From: a virus
Virus record (IMG/VR): IMGVR_UViG_3300009008_000022
Location: 17,459 to 81,458 of that record
Reading direction: 5' to 3' (one strand)
Length of the DNA: 64,000 nt
The notes beneath the pieces are model-generated. The model had not been told where the DNA came from and searched no databases. It was given only the letters and a program-made list of their open reading frames with translations. Both the position numbers and the translations under genes were made by a program. Shown one piece after another: positions 18,938 through 29,092 of this stretch; position 1 is the stretch's first letter; every line of letters begins with the position of its first letter.

Positions 18938-19834
18938 ATGATGCCACCGAGGAAAAGCGCGAAGAAGGCTGTAAGCCAGGAGCTTGCGCCGCGAGAGAAT
19001 CAGCAGCTTTCACAAGAACAGCGCGGTGGTTCTGCCGCGTTTATGTCCATTCTTTCCAAGCACAAGGGGAAGATCGCAGAGGCCGCCGGCAAGTCCATGG
19101 ACACCGACCGGTTGATCAAGATCGCCATGATGGCGAGCAGCCGTAACCCGCAGCTCTTGCAATGCACGCCGCTGTCCATGCTGGCCGCGGTGATCGACGC
19201 GGCGTTTCTCCAGCTTGAGCCGGTCGGCGCCCTGGCCCACGCCTACCTCGTGCCGTACCGCAATCGCAAGGCGGGAGGCTGGGAGGTACAGCTCCAGATC
19301 GGCTACAAGGGCATGATGGCCCTGGCGGTGCGGGCCGGCATTCGTACCGTGATCGCGGAGGTGATCCGTGAGGGCGAAGTGCTGGAGTACCAGATCGGCA
19401 GCGGCGCCGATGATCACTTCAAGCACGTTCCCGGCATGTACGACAGCAACCCGCCGCCCATCATCGGCGCCTGGGCAAAGGCAATCTGGCCGGACGGAAC
19501 CACTTTGCTGCGCGTGATCGACCTGGCCGAGATCAACAAGGCCAAGCAGAACAGCCAGAGCGGGCGCAAGGGTTTTGGCCCGTGGAAAGACCACTACGAG
19601 GCCATGGTGCGCAAGACCGCGGTGCGCCGCCTGTGCACGTTCCTTCCGCAAACCACCCTGGCAGCCCAGGCCGCTTCAATCGAGGAGTCCCAGGAGCAGT
19701 ACGGCCGTGACCACGCCTCTTTCTCCGACCTGATCGGTGACGGCAGCAGCGTGATGGACATGGAGCCGGAGCCGGAGCCTGGCACCGATGGCGGTGAGCC
19801 GCCGCGGGAGCGCGAGCCTGGGGAGGATGGTTAG
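18938..19834 (+). CDS. recT: RecT-family single-strand annealing recombinase
   Basis: NPQLLQCTPLS, AYLVPY, QLQIGYKGM, GPWKDHYEAMVRKTAVRRL. Confidence 0.92.
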   Translation: MMPPRKSAKKAVSQELAPRENQQLSQEQRGGSAAFMSILSKHKGKIAEAAGKSMDTDRLIKIAMMASSRNPQLLQCTPLSMLAAVIDAAFLQLEPVGALAHAYLVPYRNRKAGGWEVQLQIGYKGMMALAVRAGIRTVIAEVIREGEVLEYQIGSGADDHFKHVPGMYDSNPPPIIGAWAKAIWPDGTTLLRVIDLAEINKAKQNSQSGRKGFGPWKDHYEAMVRKTAVRRLCTFLPQTTLAAQAASIEESQEQYGRDHASFSDLIGDGSSVMDMEPEPEPGTDGGEPPREREPGEDG

Positions 19835-19836
19835 CC

Positions 19837-20094
19837 ATGGCAACGCTGATACAGGTGGACGGCGTGCGGGTTGACGTGCTGGGGGAGGGCGAAAACGGCG
19901 CGCTAACCAATGAGCAAATCCAGGGGTTGATCGGCGGCTACTACGCCCACACCTACTTGGACGCGAATCGGCTGGCGCTCTATGACGAGGAAGGCAACTT
20001 GAAAAAGCTGCCGGTCAACATGGCTGCATCGGAGATCGTTGGGTATCAGGTGGTTGGCCCGGTGCTGCTCGTTTCAATCAAGGAGATGCGCTGA
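19837..20094 (+). CDS. DUF3846-like protein
   Basis: QGLIGGY...DEEGNLKKLPVN..AS...VVGPVLL. Confidence 0.7.
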   Translation: MATLIQVDGVRVDVLGEGENGALTNEQIQGLIGGYYAHTYLDANRLALYDEEGNLKKLPVNMAASEIVGYQVVGPVLLVSIKEMR

Positions 20095-20766
20095 ATGCCT
20101 GCCATTGTCTACATGAACGAGGCAGGGGAGCGCGTGCCGAGCGTTACCACGGTGCTGTCGGGCAACCTGGCTTGGAACAAGCGCCAGCTCATGATCTGGG
20201 CAAACAAGCTGGGCTTGAGCGGTCAAGACCTGTGGAGCGACGACAAGACCGAGGCCACGGTGGGCACCGTCGCGCACGCCTACGTTACCGATGATGCGGC
20301 CGGTGATCCGCTGGACGTGGATCACATCACGCAAGGCAACTGGCCGGCGCTGAGCGAGGAACAGCTCGCCAAGGTGCGGTACTGCTGCAAGGCGTGGTTG
20401 CTCTGGAAGGAAATGCACGGGTTTGAAACCGTGGCCGATGAGTGCTCGCTGGTCAGCGAAACACACCAGTTTGGCGGCACGCTGGACCTTGCCATGGTGC
20501 AGGGGCGCCGGATGATCTGCGACCTGAAAACCGGCAAGGGCGTCTACCGGGACATGCTGCTCCAAATCGCAGCTTACGGAATGCTGTGGAACGAAACCCA
20601 CCCCAATGAGCCCGTCGAGGGGTACGCGCTGCTGCTGCTGGGCAAGTACGACGGCGCGTTTCACTACCACGTTTGGCCGGAGCTGGAGCTGGAAAAGCTC
20701 GCGTTCATTCATTGCCTGGAGCTTCACAAGATCCATCAAACGATCAAGCAACAGAGGGGAATCTAA
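20095..20766 (+). CDS. PD-(D/E)XK exonuclease (Cas4/RecB-like), probable RecT partner
   Basis: PSVTTVL, GTVAH, FGGTLDL, DLKTGK, QIAAY. Confidence 0.85.
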   Translation: MPAIVYMNEAGERVPSVTTVLSGNLAWNKRQLMIWANKLGLSGQDLWSDDKTEATVGTVAHAYVTDDAAGDPLDVDHITQGNWPALSEEQLAKVRYCCKAWLLWKEMHGFETVADECSLVSETHQFGGTLDLAMVQGRRMICDLKTGKGVYRDMLLQIAAYGMLWNETHPNEPVEGYALLLLGKYDGAFHYHVWPELELEKLAFIHCLELHKIHQTIKQQRGI

Positions 20767-21422
20767 TGTCAGACCGCGAGTGCTTTTGCTTGAAACACCC
20801 GCCGATGCCTGGCCTGGCGAAGAATCACGACTTTTACCGCACGCCGCAGGAAACCACGACGCTGTTGATCGACGGTAGCCCACCGGACCCTGCCAGCCTG
20901 CTAATCGAGCCGAGCGCGGGAGAGGGCCATATTTGCCGCGCGCTGGAGTGGCACGGCTACGTCGTCAGCCTGGCGGTGGAGCTGCGAGCGGAGGAGCGGG
21001 AACGGCTGGAGCAAGACGCGGTGACGGTGATCATTGGCGACTGGCTCAACCTCGTGCGCCAGGATTCGTTTCGCGACGATCTTCAAGTGCAAATGACGGA
21101 CGCCGGGATCTCTATCGTGGGCAACCCGCCGTGGTCCTTGGCTTGCCAGTTTATCCAGGCGTGCCTGTCGCTTAACCCGGATTATTTAGCCCTGCTGTTG
21201 CCCTGGCAGCTCCCCGCCAGGCCGCCGAGCAAAAAGACCCGCGCCGCGGAGCGTGACGCCTGGGAGGTGGTGTTCTCAGGGCACCAGCCCACCGGGCTGC
21301 ATCCGGTGCCCAGGCCGAGCTTCACCATGGACGGCAAGTCGGGCGTGAGTGAGTGCGGGTGGTTCGTTTGGCAGAAGGGCCAGAGCCGGGTCAACCTGCA
21401 ACCTTGGATGGAGGGCAAGTAG
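20766..21422 (+). CDS. DNA adenine methyltransferase
   Basis: DFYRTP, EPSAGEG (motif I), IVGNPPW (motif IV). Confidence 0.85.
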   Translation: MSDRECFCLKHPPMPGLAKNHDFYRTPQETTTLLIDGSPPDPASLLIEPSAGEGHICRALEWHGYVVSLAVELRAEERERLEQDAVTVIIGDWLNLVRQDSFRDDLQVQMTDAGISIVGNPPWSLACQFIQACLSLNPDYLALLLPWQLPARPPSKKTRAAERDAWEVVFSGHQPTGLHPVPRPSFTMDGKSGVSECGWFVWQKGQSRVNLQPWMEGK

Positions 21423-21424
21423 CC

Positions 21425-21973
21425 ATGCCGGAGCAGATGAGCTTTTTTGACCAGCCGCCGGCCCGTGACACGCTGCAAGAGGCGCGGGACAAGGTGCGCG
21501 ACGGGCTAGAGGACGGTGTTGAATGCCCGTGCTGTAAGCAGCTCTGCAAGCTGTACGCGCGGAACATGAACAGCGCAAGGGCCAGGGCGCTGATCTGGCT
21601 GGTAAACAAGCATGAGCTGGCCCTGTTGAGGCGATCTCCGCATTCAATCGCCCATGGTCAGACGTGTTGGACGCATATCAGGACCGAGGCGCCGAAATGG
21701 CTAATCGCCCTGGGCGGCGAGTTTGCGAAGCTGCGCTATTGGGGATTCATCACCGAACGGCCCAACGACGACAAGCGCAAGCGCACGTCCGGCTACTGGA
21801 AGCCAACGCAGGCCGGCCGGGACTTTGCGCACGGCCGCGCCATGGCAATCAAAACCTTCTACGTTTTCGACGGGGAGGTACAGCGCGCCTCGACTGAGCT
21901 AATCAGCGTGCGCGCCGCCCTGGGCGAGCAGTTTGACTACCAGGAGCTAATGAATGGCAAAGACAGCGTATAG
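21425..21973 (+). CDS. Phage hypothetical protein (CPCC, wHTH-like), N-terminal EQMSFF
   Basis: GGAGGG RBS; coupled ORF. Confidence 0.55.
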   Translation: MPEQMSFFDQPPARDTLQEARDKVRDGLEDGVECPCCKQLCKLYARNMNSARARALIWLVNKHELALLRRSPHSIAHGQTCWTHIRTEAPKWLIALGGEFAKLRYWGFITERPNDDKRKRTSGYWKPTQAGRDFAHGRAMAIKTFYVFDGEVQRASTELISVRAALGEQFDYQELMNGKDSV

Positions 21974-22169
21974 CGGCGACCTGGACGCGCTTGCTTGCGC
22001 GTGCGGACAACCGGACTGCCCAGAACAGGTGTACTTTCACAGCCGGTGCCACCCCAAGGCGCCAACGTGGGCGCGGTACGACAAAAAGACGCGGACCATC
22101 ACCATCGAATGCAGCGTGTGCAAGCAGGAGTTGATCGTCGCGTCGGTGGCGGTCAGCCGTGAGAACTAG
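21954..22169 (+). CDS. Small Cys/His-rich protein
   Basis: CACGQPDC...HSRCH...CSVC. Confidence 0.5.
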   Translation: MAKTAYSGDLDALACACGQPDCPEQVYFHSRCHPKAPTWARYDKKTRTITIECSVCKQELIVASVAVSREN

Positions 22170-22184
22170 GGCCACACGGCCAAC

Positions 22185-23690
22185 ATGGAGGGCGCCATGG
22201 GAAACGATCCACTGACTATCAAGTCGTTAGAAATTTCAAACATCAAAGCGGTGCGCCACTTTCGGCTGGTAGGCCGGCCGGGAGTGACCGAGATTGCAGG
22301 CGACAACGGTGTGGGCAAGACCACGATCTTGAGCGTGCCGCGCTGGCTCATGGAGGGCAAAAAAGCCCTGGGCAAAATGCCGATCACGCAGGGCAAGCAG
22401 CACGGCGCCGCGCGCATGGACCTGGGCGAGTATGTGATCACTCTCCAGCTCACCGAGGGCAAGCCGCCGCGGTGGGAGATCCGCAGCGCGGACGGTGGCA
22501 AGTACCCGCTGAAAACTACCAAGGGGTTTTTGTCCGCCTGGACCTTTGACCCCCTGGCGTTTGCCAACATGCCCGCCAAGGATCAGGAGCGGACCTTTCG
22601 CGAGTTTGCCGGCGAGGAGTGGTGCGCGGAGCTGGACCGCTTGCAGGATGAAATGGAGGCCGCGGTTGCCAAGCGTACCGGCGCGTTCCACGACAAAAAA
22701 GCCCTGGGCAACCCGGAAGTGCCGGTCGAGGAAGTTGAGCCGGTGGACACCGCCGCCCTGGCCGACGAACTGCGCCAGATCGAGGACTGGAACGATTCTC
22801 AGGATCAGGTTGATGCGCAGCGCGTGGAGTTGTTTGCCGCCGCTGAGCAGGCAGAGCGGGAGGCAGAGCGCAAGGTCGAGACTGCCACGCGAGAGGCAGA
22901 GCTGAGCGAAGCCCAGGCCGAGGAGTTGGCCGAGACAGCACGCCTGGAAGTGGGCGACCTGGAGCGGAAGATCCAGAACCTACAAGCCAAGCTCAAGGGC
23001 GCTGAGCGCCGGCATGAACAGTCGGTTGACAACCTGGCCGCGGTGCGTATGCGGTTGCAGGGCGAGGTGCACGCCGCACGCGAGGCCGCCACGGAGGAAC
23101 TGAGGGAGGCGCGAGATGCCGCCGCCGCCGCGCCGCGCGGAGCCGAGCGCCGGGATCCCGCGCCGGTGTTGGAGCAGCTTGACCAGGCCGGAGAGGCGCA
23201 GCTCCGCTATGTGGAGTATGAGCAGGCGTTGCAGGCGGTGGAGCGGGCGAACCTGGCCGCACAGCGCCACAAGGCAGCCGACAGCAAGGTCAAGTCGCTC
23301 AAGGGCCAGGTGGAAAAGCACTACCAGGGCGCCGATCTGCCCGTCGAGGGGATTGAACTGCGCGCCGATGGCATTTGGGTTGACGGACTGCCGTTTACCG
23401 AGCTGGCGCGAAGCCGGCAGATCCAGGTGAGCCTTGAGGTGGGCATGGCGCTTAACCCGCGGTTGCGGTGTGTGTTTGTGGACGACGCCGAAGCCCTGGG
23501 AGATACCCTGTACCGGGAGATCGAGGCCACCGCGGTGGAGCGCGGGTATCAGGTGCTCATGGCGACGGTGGGCAAGGGCCACACCGACGACGCGATCATG
23601 ATCGAGGTGCAAGAGCCCGACGACGACGACGATGAGCTGAGCCCGGTTGACGTGGCCGGTGATCATGGCGTGATTGAGGTGCCGGAGTGA
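22185..23690 (+). CDS. SMC/Rad50-like ABC ATPase with coiled coil
   Basis: Walker A GDNGVGKT, long coiled coil, Walker B VFVDDAE. Confidence 0.8.
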   Translation: MEGAMGNDPLTIKSLEISNIKAVRHFRLVGRPGVTEIAGDNGVGKTTILSVPRWLMEGKKALGKMPITQGKQHGAARMDLGEYVITLQLTEGKPPRWEIRSADGGKYPLKTTKGFLSAWTFDPLAFANMPAKDQERTFREFAGEEWCAELDRLQDEMEAAVAKRTGAFHDKKALGNPEVPVEEVEPVDTAALADELRQIEDWNDSQDQVDAQRVELFAAAEQAEREAERKVETATREAELSEAQAEELAETARLEVGDLERKIQNLQAKLKGAERRHEQSVDNLAAVRMRLQGEVHAAREAATEELREARDAAAAAPRGAERRDPAPVLEQLDQAGEAQLRYVEYEQALQAVERANLAAQRHKAADSKVKSLKGQVEKHYQGADLPVEGIELRADGIWVDGLPFTELARSRQIQVSLEVGMALNPRLRCVFVDDAEALGDTLYREIEATAVERGYQVLMATVGKGHTDDAIMIEVQEPDDDDDELSPVDVAGDHGVIEVPE

Positions 23691-23923
23691 GCAACCCCAC
23701 GGTGCTGGAGATGGTGAAAGCGGCGTTGATAGGCGGCGGTTATGACGGCCTGGTAGCATCGGCTGGCGAGTGCGCCTGCATCGTTACCGACCTGGCGCCG
23801 TGCGGTGAGATACAGGATAGCTGCATTGCGGGCTACCTGGCGCCCTGCCCCGATGATTGCCGGGATCATGACTTTCATATCGTGGTTAAAAAACCGATCT
23901 ATGTGGAAAAGTCGAAGCTGTAG
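23687..23923 (+). CDS. Small Cys-rich phage protein
   Basis: GYDGL...ECAC...LAPC...C..GY. Confidence 0.55.
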   Translation: MSNPTVLEMVKAALIGGGYDGLVASAGECACIVTDLAPCGEIQDSCIAGYLAPCPDDCRDHDFHIVVKKPIYVEKSKL

Positions 23924-23925
23924 CC

Positions 23926-24519
23926 ATGCCCCACCGATCCGACAAAAAATGGTCCGCCTTGCTGGCAGAGGCGCGTGAGCTGGGGTTGCATTATCTCGGC
24001 AACGACATAGCCGAGCTGCGCAACATCGTGGACCAGGAGCGCGCGGTGCGCGAGGGCAAGCCTGACTGCTACAGCCAGAGCTACAGCCGGACAGACCCGC
24101 GGTGCGGACGGTGCGAGGCTTCGCAGGACTGCTCAGGGCTCATGCTCCGGCCGCAAATCGGCCTGTTTGACGTGCCGGAAATGATCGGGTGCGACTGGTG
24201 CGACGGCGACCTGATCATGGAGCTGACAGACGACACCGGAGCGGTGATAGACCGCGCTTGCAGCTCGCCGGATTGCCATAACACGGCCCGTAACCAGCGC
24301 CGCCGCCGGACGGTGACAAAGTTTCTCAAGAGCAAGCCCACCGGCGCAGACCTGGCGGCGTTGCGCGAAGATCTCTGGGTAACGCTAGACAACCTGGCCG
24401 CGGTGCTGCAAGTGGACCGCGCCAGGCTTAAATCAGCCATTGCCAGGCCGGATGATCGGCTGAGCAAGGAAACGCGGGAGGCGTTTATAAAGTGGGTCAA
24501 GCGGACGACGATCTTATAA
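23926..24519 (+). CDS. Zn-finger plus C-terminal HTH protein
   Basis: Several CxxC pairs; LAALREDLWVTLDNLAAVLQVD is HTH-like. Confidence 0.5.
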   Translation: MPHRSDKKWSALLAEARELGLHYLGNDIAELRNIVDQERAVREGKPDCYSQSYSRTDPRCGRCEASQDCSGLMLRPQIGLFDVPEMIGCDWCDGDLIMELTDDTGAVIDRACSSPDCHNTARNQRRRRTVTKFLKSKPTGADLAALREDLWVTLDNLAAVLQVDRARLKSAIARPDDRLSKETREAFIKWVKRTTIL

Positions 24520-24530
24520 TCACCCCAGGA

Positions 24531-24809
24531 ATGGGGGAGGCAGACGTGCTGAATTGGCTGGACGCTAAGCTGGCAGAGTTTGACGAGCTGGTAGACCGGC
24601 GGCCGGCCGATAACATGCCGATCAACGTCAACGCCGCGCGCTTGTGGCGCCACAAGATGATCCTGCTTTACGGTCGGATGGTGGGCGCGATTGAATCCCT
24701 GGCGACCTTTGGACACTTGGCGCCCAGGGCGGCCGAGATGATGAACCACCGGATCAAGGGCGCGACGTACCGACACATAGCCCGACACCTAACAGGAGCG
24801 GATCAGTGA
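24531..24809 (+). CDS. Hypothetical protein
   Basis: ORF in the operon; start uncertain. Confidence 0.5.
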   Translation: MGEADVLNWLDAKLAEFDELVDRRPADNMPINVNAARLWRHKMILLYGRMVGAIESLATFGHLAPRAAEMMNHRIKGATYRHIARHLTGADQ

Positions 24810-25168
24810 GCAAGAAAAAGAGCGTGAGAAAGGCCAAGTGGCACCGCCTGACTGAAATGGTCATGGTGGACGGCGAGATCGTGAGCGTGGGAGAGGATCA
24901 GGATCCCGTGCTGGTCAGCGAAAAGCTCTACACCGCGGACGGTGAGCCGGTGCTGCTCGTGGCGCGTGTGCCCATGGGCGCGGTGGCGCCGGGGCACCTG
25001 GAGATGCTGCGCCAGTTGATCAACGCCTCAATCAATGCCGACGACGGGGTAGAAACCCTGATCACTGACTCCGCGGTGGAGATGATGAAGCTGGCGCCGA
25101 TGAGCGACATTGACGCCAGGCGACTGATTGACCAGCTCCGGCGGCGCGAGCAAGAACAGGGCGCGTGA
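24806..25168 (+). CDS. Hypothetical protein
   Basis: AGGAG RBS; coupled. Confidence 0.55.
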   Translation: MSKKKSVRKAKWHRLTEMVMVDGEIVSVGEDQDPVLVSEKLYTADGEPVLLVARVPMGAVAPGHLEMLRQLINASINADDGVETLITDSAVEMMKLAPMSDIDARRLIDQLRRREQEQGA

Positions 25169-25181
25169 TAGGATCGAACCA

Positions 25182-25664
25182 ATGACCGACGACAAAGACA
25201 ACGTGCCTGTGCCGCCAGATCTTGAGCTGGACCCGAAAGAGGAAGCGGCAATCAAGGAAGCCCACCGGCTGTTTGAGCTGTGGCAGGAGCGCCGTGCGAA
25301 GCGTGAAAAGTCCGGCGTAAGGCTGCCACCTGGCGGTGCGGTGACGTGTCACCCGGTCGAGCTGGCCTATTGGGCGCTCAGGGTGGAACTACACGAGGAG
25401 CTGTGCTCTAAGCTCAACCTGCCAGGCCATGCGGTAAGCGTGGTGCTTGAGGCGAGCGGTAACGGCGTGGTTCCGCGGGTGGATTACCAGATCCCAAAGA
25501 GCTGGATCGCGCCGGCCGCGGCTGGAGATACCGAGGGTAAAAACCGGGCGTATATCCAGCAGCAGACCGTCCTTCTCAGTGACCAGGCCAGCCGGATCTA
25601 CAACCATCGGTTGCAGGAGCTTGGAAAGTGGCAGACGACAACGGCGACGGCGACAAACGAGTAA
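25182..25664 (+). CDS. Hypothetical protein
   Basis: AGGA RBS. Confidence 0.55.
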   Translation: MTDDKDNVPVPPDLELDPKEEAAIKEAHRLFELWQERRAKREKSGVRLPPGGAVTCHPVELAYWALRVELHEELCSKLNLPGHAVSVVLEASGNGVVPRVDYQIPKSWIAPAAAGDTEGKNRAYIQQQTVLLSDQASRIYNHRLQELGKWQTTTATATNE

Positions 25665-26335
25665 CTGTCACCCTGCCCGCGGCGCCGGAGAAAGAAACCG
25701 CCCTGGTGGACCGCGTAGCAGACCAGATCGAGGCGGTGGAGCCTGGCGACACCGAGGTGCACCTCGACGTGATGGTGCTCAGGGCGCAGATCGCTTACAT
25801 GACGGATTCAGAGCGCCGGCCGCCGGACGCTTTCTACCCCGTGGTAGCGCGCCACATGACGATTACGGCCTACTACCACCGGGTAAGGGATGGTCGCTGG
25901 AGAGAGGCCAGGGAACAGCTCTGGGCCAGGGCGCAGCGCCGGTTGGTAGAGCGCCTGTCCGGCCAAGTGGTAGAGCAGCGCGTGCGGGAGATGGAACAGC
26001 TTACCAGCTTGCGGGAGCACTACCTGGACCTGATCACGCCGGACGAGGTTGAAGTGGTAAACGAGGACACCGGCCTGGTGGAGCGCCACCGGCGATTCAA
26101 GGTCGAGCCCAAGTCGCTGGGGGAGGCGGTGCGGAGCTTCAAGGATCTGACCCTTCTGTTGGAAATGACCCGACGAAACGTGTTTGGCGAGCTGGATAAC
26201 CACGTTCCCGCGGTGGAGATGCAAAACGCGGAGGAAGCCGGCGGTGCCGGGGACTACTTCTCCCAGGATGAGCTGGCAGAGTTGGCGCATGGGCTGCTCA
26301 AGCGCCGAAGTGGGCTGGACGATGGCAACAACTAA
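25628..26335 (+). CDS. Helical protein, possible terminase small subunit-like
   Basis: W..AR...coiled-coil architecture resembles TerS-like proteins, but it is not adjacent to TerL, so the call is tentative. Confidence 0.35.
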   Translation: MADDNGDGDKRVTVTLPAAPEKETALVDRVADQIEAVEPGDTEVHLDVMVLRAQIAYMTDSERRPPDAFYPVVARHMTITAYYHRVRDGRWREAREQLWARAQRRLVERLSGQVVEQRVREMEQLTSLREHYLDLITPDEVEVVNEDTGLVERHRRFKVEPKSLGEAVRSFKDLTLLLEMTRRNVFGELDNHVPAVEMQNAEEAGGAGDYFSQDELAELAHGLLKRRSGLDDGNN

Positions 26336-26540
26336 CCAGGCCGGAGACATGGTGAGCTGTCAGCGGTGCGGCGTAGGTGGGCGCCTGTGGAGCGGGCCGT
26401 TCCTTCGCGGTGCGGCGGTGCGCGTTGAAACCGGAAATGACGCGCTGGTCATTCACCTGTGCTCAGGGTGCCGGGAGCGACTTTTCAACTGGCTTAACGG
26501 TGAGCAGAACGGCTACGGGATGGTGCACTAATGGGGAGCC

Positions 26541-26867
26541 ATGCCGGTTGATAGGCCAGGGATAAACGAGCTGCTACCTGTCCGCCCCTGTACGGTGACG
26601 CGCAACCGCTGGCGGCGCCTGCTAACCACCATGGGGCCAAACTGGACGCCGCTTAAAAAGCGCCTGCATCACCGCACGGTCTGGGCGCTGAAACGGCACG
26701 GATTGATAGAGTACAAGTCCGGCTACCACTTGGTAATGGTACGCCTAACCCCGCGCGGGGTAGCAGTACGGGACCGCTGGCTAGAACTTGATGCCTGGCG
26801 GTTAGACAAGCGCATGAAACGAAAGTATCCAGGCCGGGAGAACAGAAGGCCGAAGATTCAAATCTGA
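26541..26867 (+). CDS. Basic wHTH-like hypothetical protein
   Basis: TVWALKRHGLIE....VRLTPRG. Confidence 0.5.
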   Translation: MPVDRPGINELLPVRPCTVTRNRWRRLLTTMGPNWTPLKKRLHHRTVWALKRHGLIEYKSGYHLVMVRLTPRGVAVRDRWLELDAWRLDKRMKRKYPGRENRRPKIQI

Positions 26868-26868
26868 A

Positions 26869-27978
26869 GTGATAAAACTGGAGGGCGCCAAAATGACTGT
26901 ACTTTCCGATGCCGTGAAACTCGCGGCTACGTTTTCTGACACGAAAAGCCCACACGAGGGATACCGCGGCGTGCAGCTCCGGCCGGATGGCCTGTCGGCT
27001 ATTTGCAACGGCCGCGCGGTGACGGTGCGGCTGGACTTGGGAGAGGTGGAGGGCGTAGCCAACGCGACCGATCTCAAGCGCGCGGTGTCCGCCCTGGGCG
27101 ACGACGTAGAGCTAGAGGTTGACGGCAACATGCTGTCGGTCATTCGCGACGGTGGGCGCGGTGTGCTGTCTCTGCCCCTGCTGTCTCTGGCTCATGCGGT
27201 CAAGGTGCCGGAGCCGCCGGAGGATGCGACCTGGCACGAGGTGGAAGGGTGGGAGGCGGTCAAGCGCGCCTCGTGGTGCACAGGGTCCGACGTTAGCCGC
27301 CCCTGGCTTTGCGCGGTGCACCTTAGCCCGCTGGGCTGGGTTGAGGCGACAGACGGCCACGCGGGCGTGCGGGTGCGACTCGGTGACGTGCTGGAGGACA
27401 GCGGCGAAGTGGTGGCGGACCTGTCCAGCGTGTTTGGCTCTGGGATCTTGGTCCGGCCGGACGTGCTAGGCGGTGGGGAGTCGAGCAAGGCGCAGATCAC
27501 GAGGGAGAAAGATTGGCTATTCGTGCGCGGCCTGGGCGACGGCGGTGTGAGGGGAATCAAGGTGGTGGACAGCAAGTTCCCGGCGGTCCAGCGCGTGTTT
27601 GAGGATCCGCGCGACTATCCCACCGTGAGCGTTGATCCCGCGGAGCTGCTAGACGTGGCGCGGGAGGCCGCGGTGGTGGGCGGCCCGGTGTCGCTGGGGT
27701 TGGAGGCGGGCATGGACATTTTGCACGTCGAATGCGAGGGGCCAGGGACCGAGGCGGGGCATTACAAGGGCGAGGTTGGCGTGGTGGGCATGGCCGGAGA
27801 TCACGAATTGGGGTGGGTTGCCCTGGAATCGCGCCTGCTGATCTCGGCTATCCAGGCGGCCGGAGAGGAAGTGATCAGGGTGGGCTTTAAGCTGGTGCCC
27901 AACGGATCACTTGAGCCGGTTTATCTGTCAGACGACAGCGGCGAATATGAGGCCGTGATCATGCCGATGAGAATGTAA
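26869..27978 (+). CDS. dnaN: Phage-encoded DNA polymerase III beta sliding clamp
   Basis: About 369 aa; SRPWLCAVHL, EATDGH, KFPAVQRV and C-terminal YEAVIMPMRM match DnaN hallmarks. Confidence 0.88.
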   Translation: MIKLEGAKMTVLSDAVKLAATFSDTKSPHEGYRGVQLRPDGLSAICNGRAVTVRLDLGEVEGVANATDLKRAVSALGDDVELEVDGNMLSVIRDGGRGVLSLPLLSLAHAVKVPEPPEDATWHEVEGWEAVKRASWCTGSDVSRPWLCAVHLSPLGWVEATDGHAGVRVRLGDVLEDSGEVVADLSSVFGSGILVRPDVLGGGESSKAQITREKDWLFVRGLGDGGVRGIKVVDSKFPAVQRVFEDPRDYPTVSVDPAELLDVAREAAVVGGPVSLGLEAGMDILHVECEGPGTEAGHYKGEVGVVGMAGDHELGWVALESRLLISAIQAAGEEVIRVGFKLVPNGSLEPVYLSDDSGEYEAVIMPMRM

Positions 27979-27980
27979 CC

Positions 27981-28544
27981 ATGGGCGCTCAATACCAGTG
28001 GAACAAAGAGGTGCGGGGGATGCTCGTTAATTGGGACACGATAGCGGCGCCCGCGTTGGGGAAGTTGCCCGCGGTGGTGGTGAAAGCGGGGGAGTTTGAA
28101 AGGATGCGTCCGGCCGTGTGGATGCACCACGACGGCCGGAGGCCAGAGTACGAAATAAGCCCACCGATGGCTGACACGGCGTGGGCTTTGGCGAAGTGCC
28201 AAGGATCGCAGGTTTTGCTGTCAATCGTTATGGGCTACGCCTACGGCAGAAGGCACAGCCACAGCCGTTCTCCCGTGTGGCGCAAACTCCAGATTGGCGC
28301 GTCCGCGGCCTGGGAGCGGGACCAGCGGCAATCTCCCGCGGGGCATGTGGCCTGGTACTGGAACGGTAACGCGCGTCATGTTCTGCCCCCTGTCCCTGGT
28401 TTGCGGTCGGAGTCTTACAAGCTGGAGACTGATCCCATGGTTGCCTATGCCGATGCCGTGGCCGCCGCGGTGCGCTATTGGGAGGGCGTGCTCAGCGAAT
28501 ACAGGATCGAGCTGGGGCCGAGCGCAGCAAAGGAACTGGTGTAA
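27981..28544 (+). CDS. Hypothetical protein
   Basis: ORF in the operon. Confidence 0.55.
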   Translation: MGAQYQWNKEVRGMLVNWDTIAAPALGKLPAVVVKAGEFERMRPAVWMHHDGRRPEYEISPPMADTAWALAKCQGSQVLLSIVMGYAYGRRHSHSRSPVWRKLQIGASAAWERDQRQSPAGHVAWYWNGNARHVLPPVPGLRSESYKLETDPMVAYADAVAAAVRYWEGVLSEYRIELGPSAAKELV

Positions 28545-28546
28545 CC

Positions 28547-29092
28547 ATGGGCTTTCCAATAGTCGAAGGGCCGGAGGTGGAGCTGGTGCCCATGGAGCTG
28601 TTCCAGGCCGCCATGGTGGGCGTTTACCGCCGCCTGGACGCCATGCGCAAGAATCGAAAGGACAAGGAACGGGACGCCGGCAAGTGTGACCATCTGTCGT
28701 TCTGGCAAAACGAGATCGAAGGGGCCGCGGGCGAGGCCGTGGTATCCAAGTACCTGGGCCTGTATTGGAGCGGTTCCCCTGGCGAGCTGTTCAAGCCGGA
28801 CGCTGGCGGTTGCGAGGTTAAAACCACGCCGTATGAGTACGGCCGCCTGCTGATCAGGGACCGTGAAGCGAAGGAACGGCCGGACAAGATCCAAAAGCCG
28901 TGGATTCTGGTGACTGGCGGCTATGGCAGGTATGTAATCCGCGGCTGGCTCTGGCCCGAGCCGTATGTATCGGAGGGCAAGAGCAGCCCGTACTGGTGCG
29001 CGCCGGACGGCGTACAGTATTGCTGGGCGCTACCTCAAGACAAACTCAGCCCGATCTCCGAGCTGCCGAAAGACGAAACCCTGGTGCTGTGA
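28547..29092 (+). CDS. PD-(D/E)XK nuclease-like phage protein
   Basis: GAAGEAVV....PD.GGCEVKT pattern. Confidence 0.55.
   Translation: MGFPIVEGPEVELVPMELFQAAMVGVYRRLDAMRKNRKDKERDAGKCDHLSFWQNEIEGAAGEAVVSKYLGLYWSGSPGELFKPDAGGCEVKTTPYEYGRLLIRDREAKERPDKIQKPWILVTGGYGRYVIRGWLWPEPYVSEGKSSPYWCAPDGVQYCWALPQDKLSPISELPKDETLVL

Noticed and set aside
20095-20766. Cas4 / CRISPR adaptation gene
   Set aside because: No cas genes or array and no clear 4-Cys cluster; its position near recT fits a recombination exonuclease.
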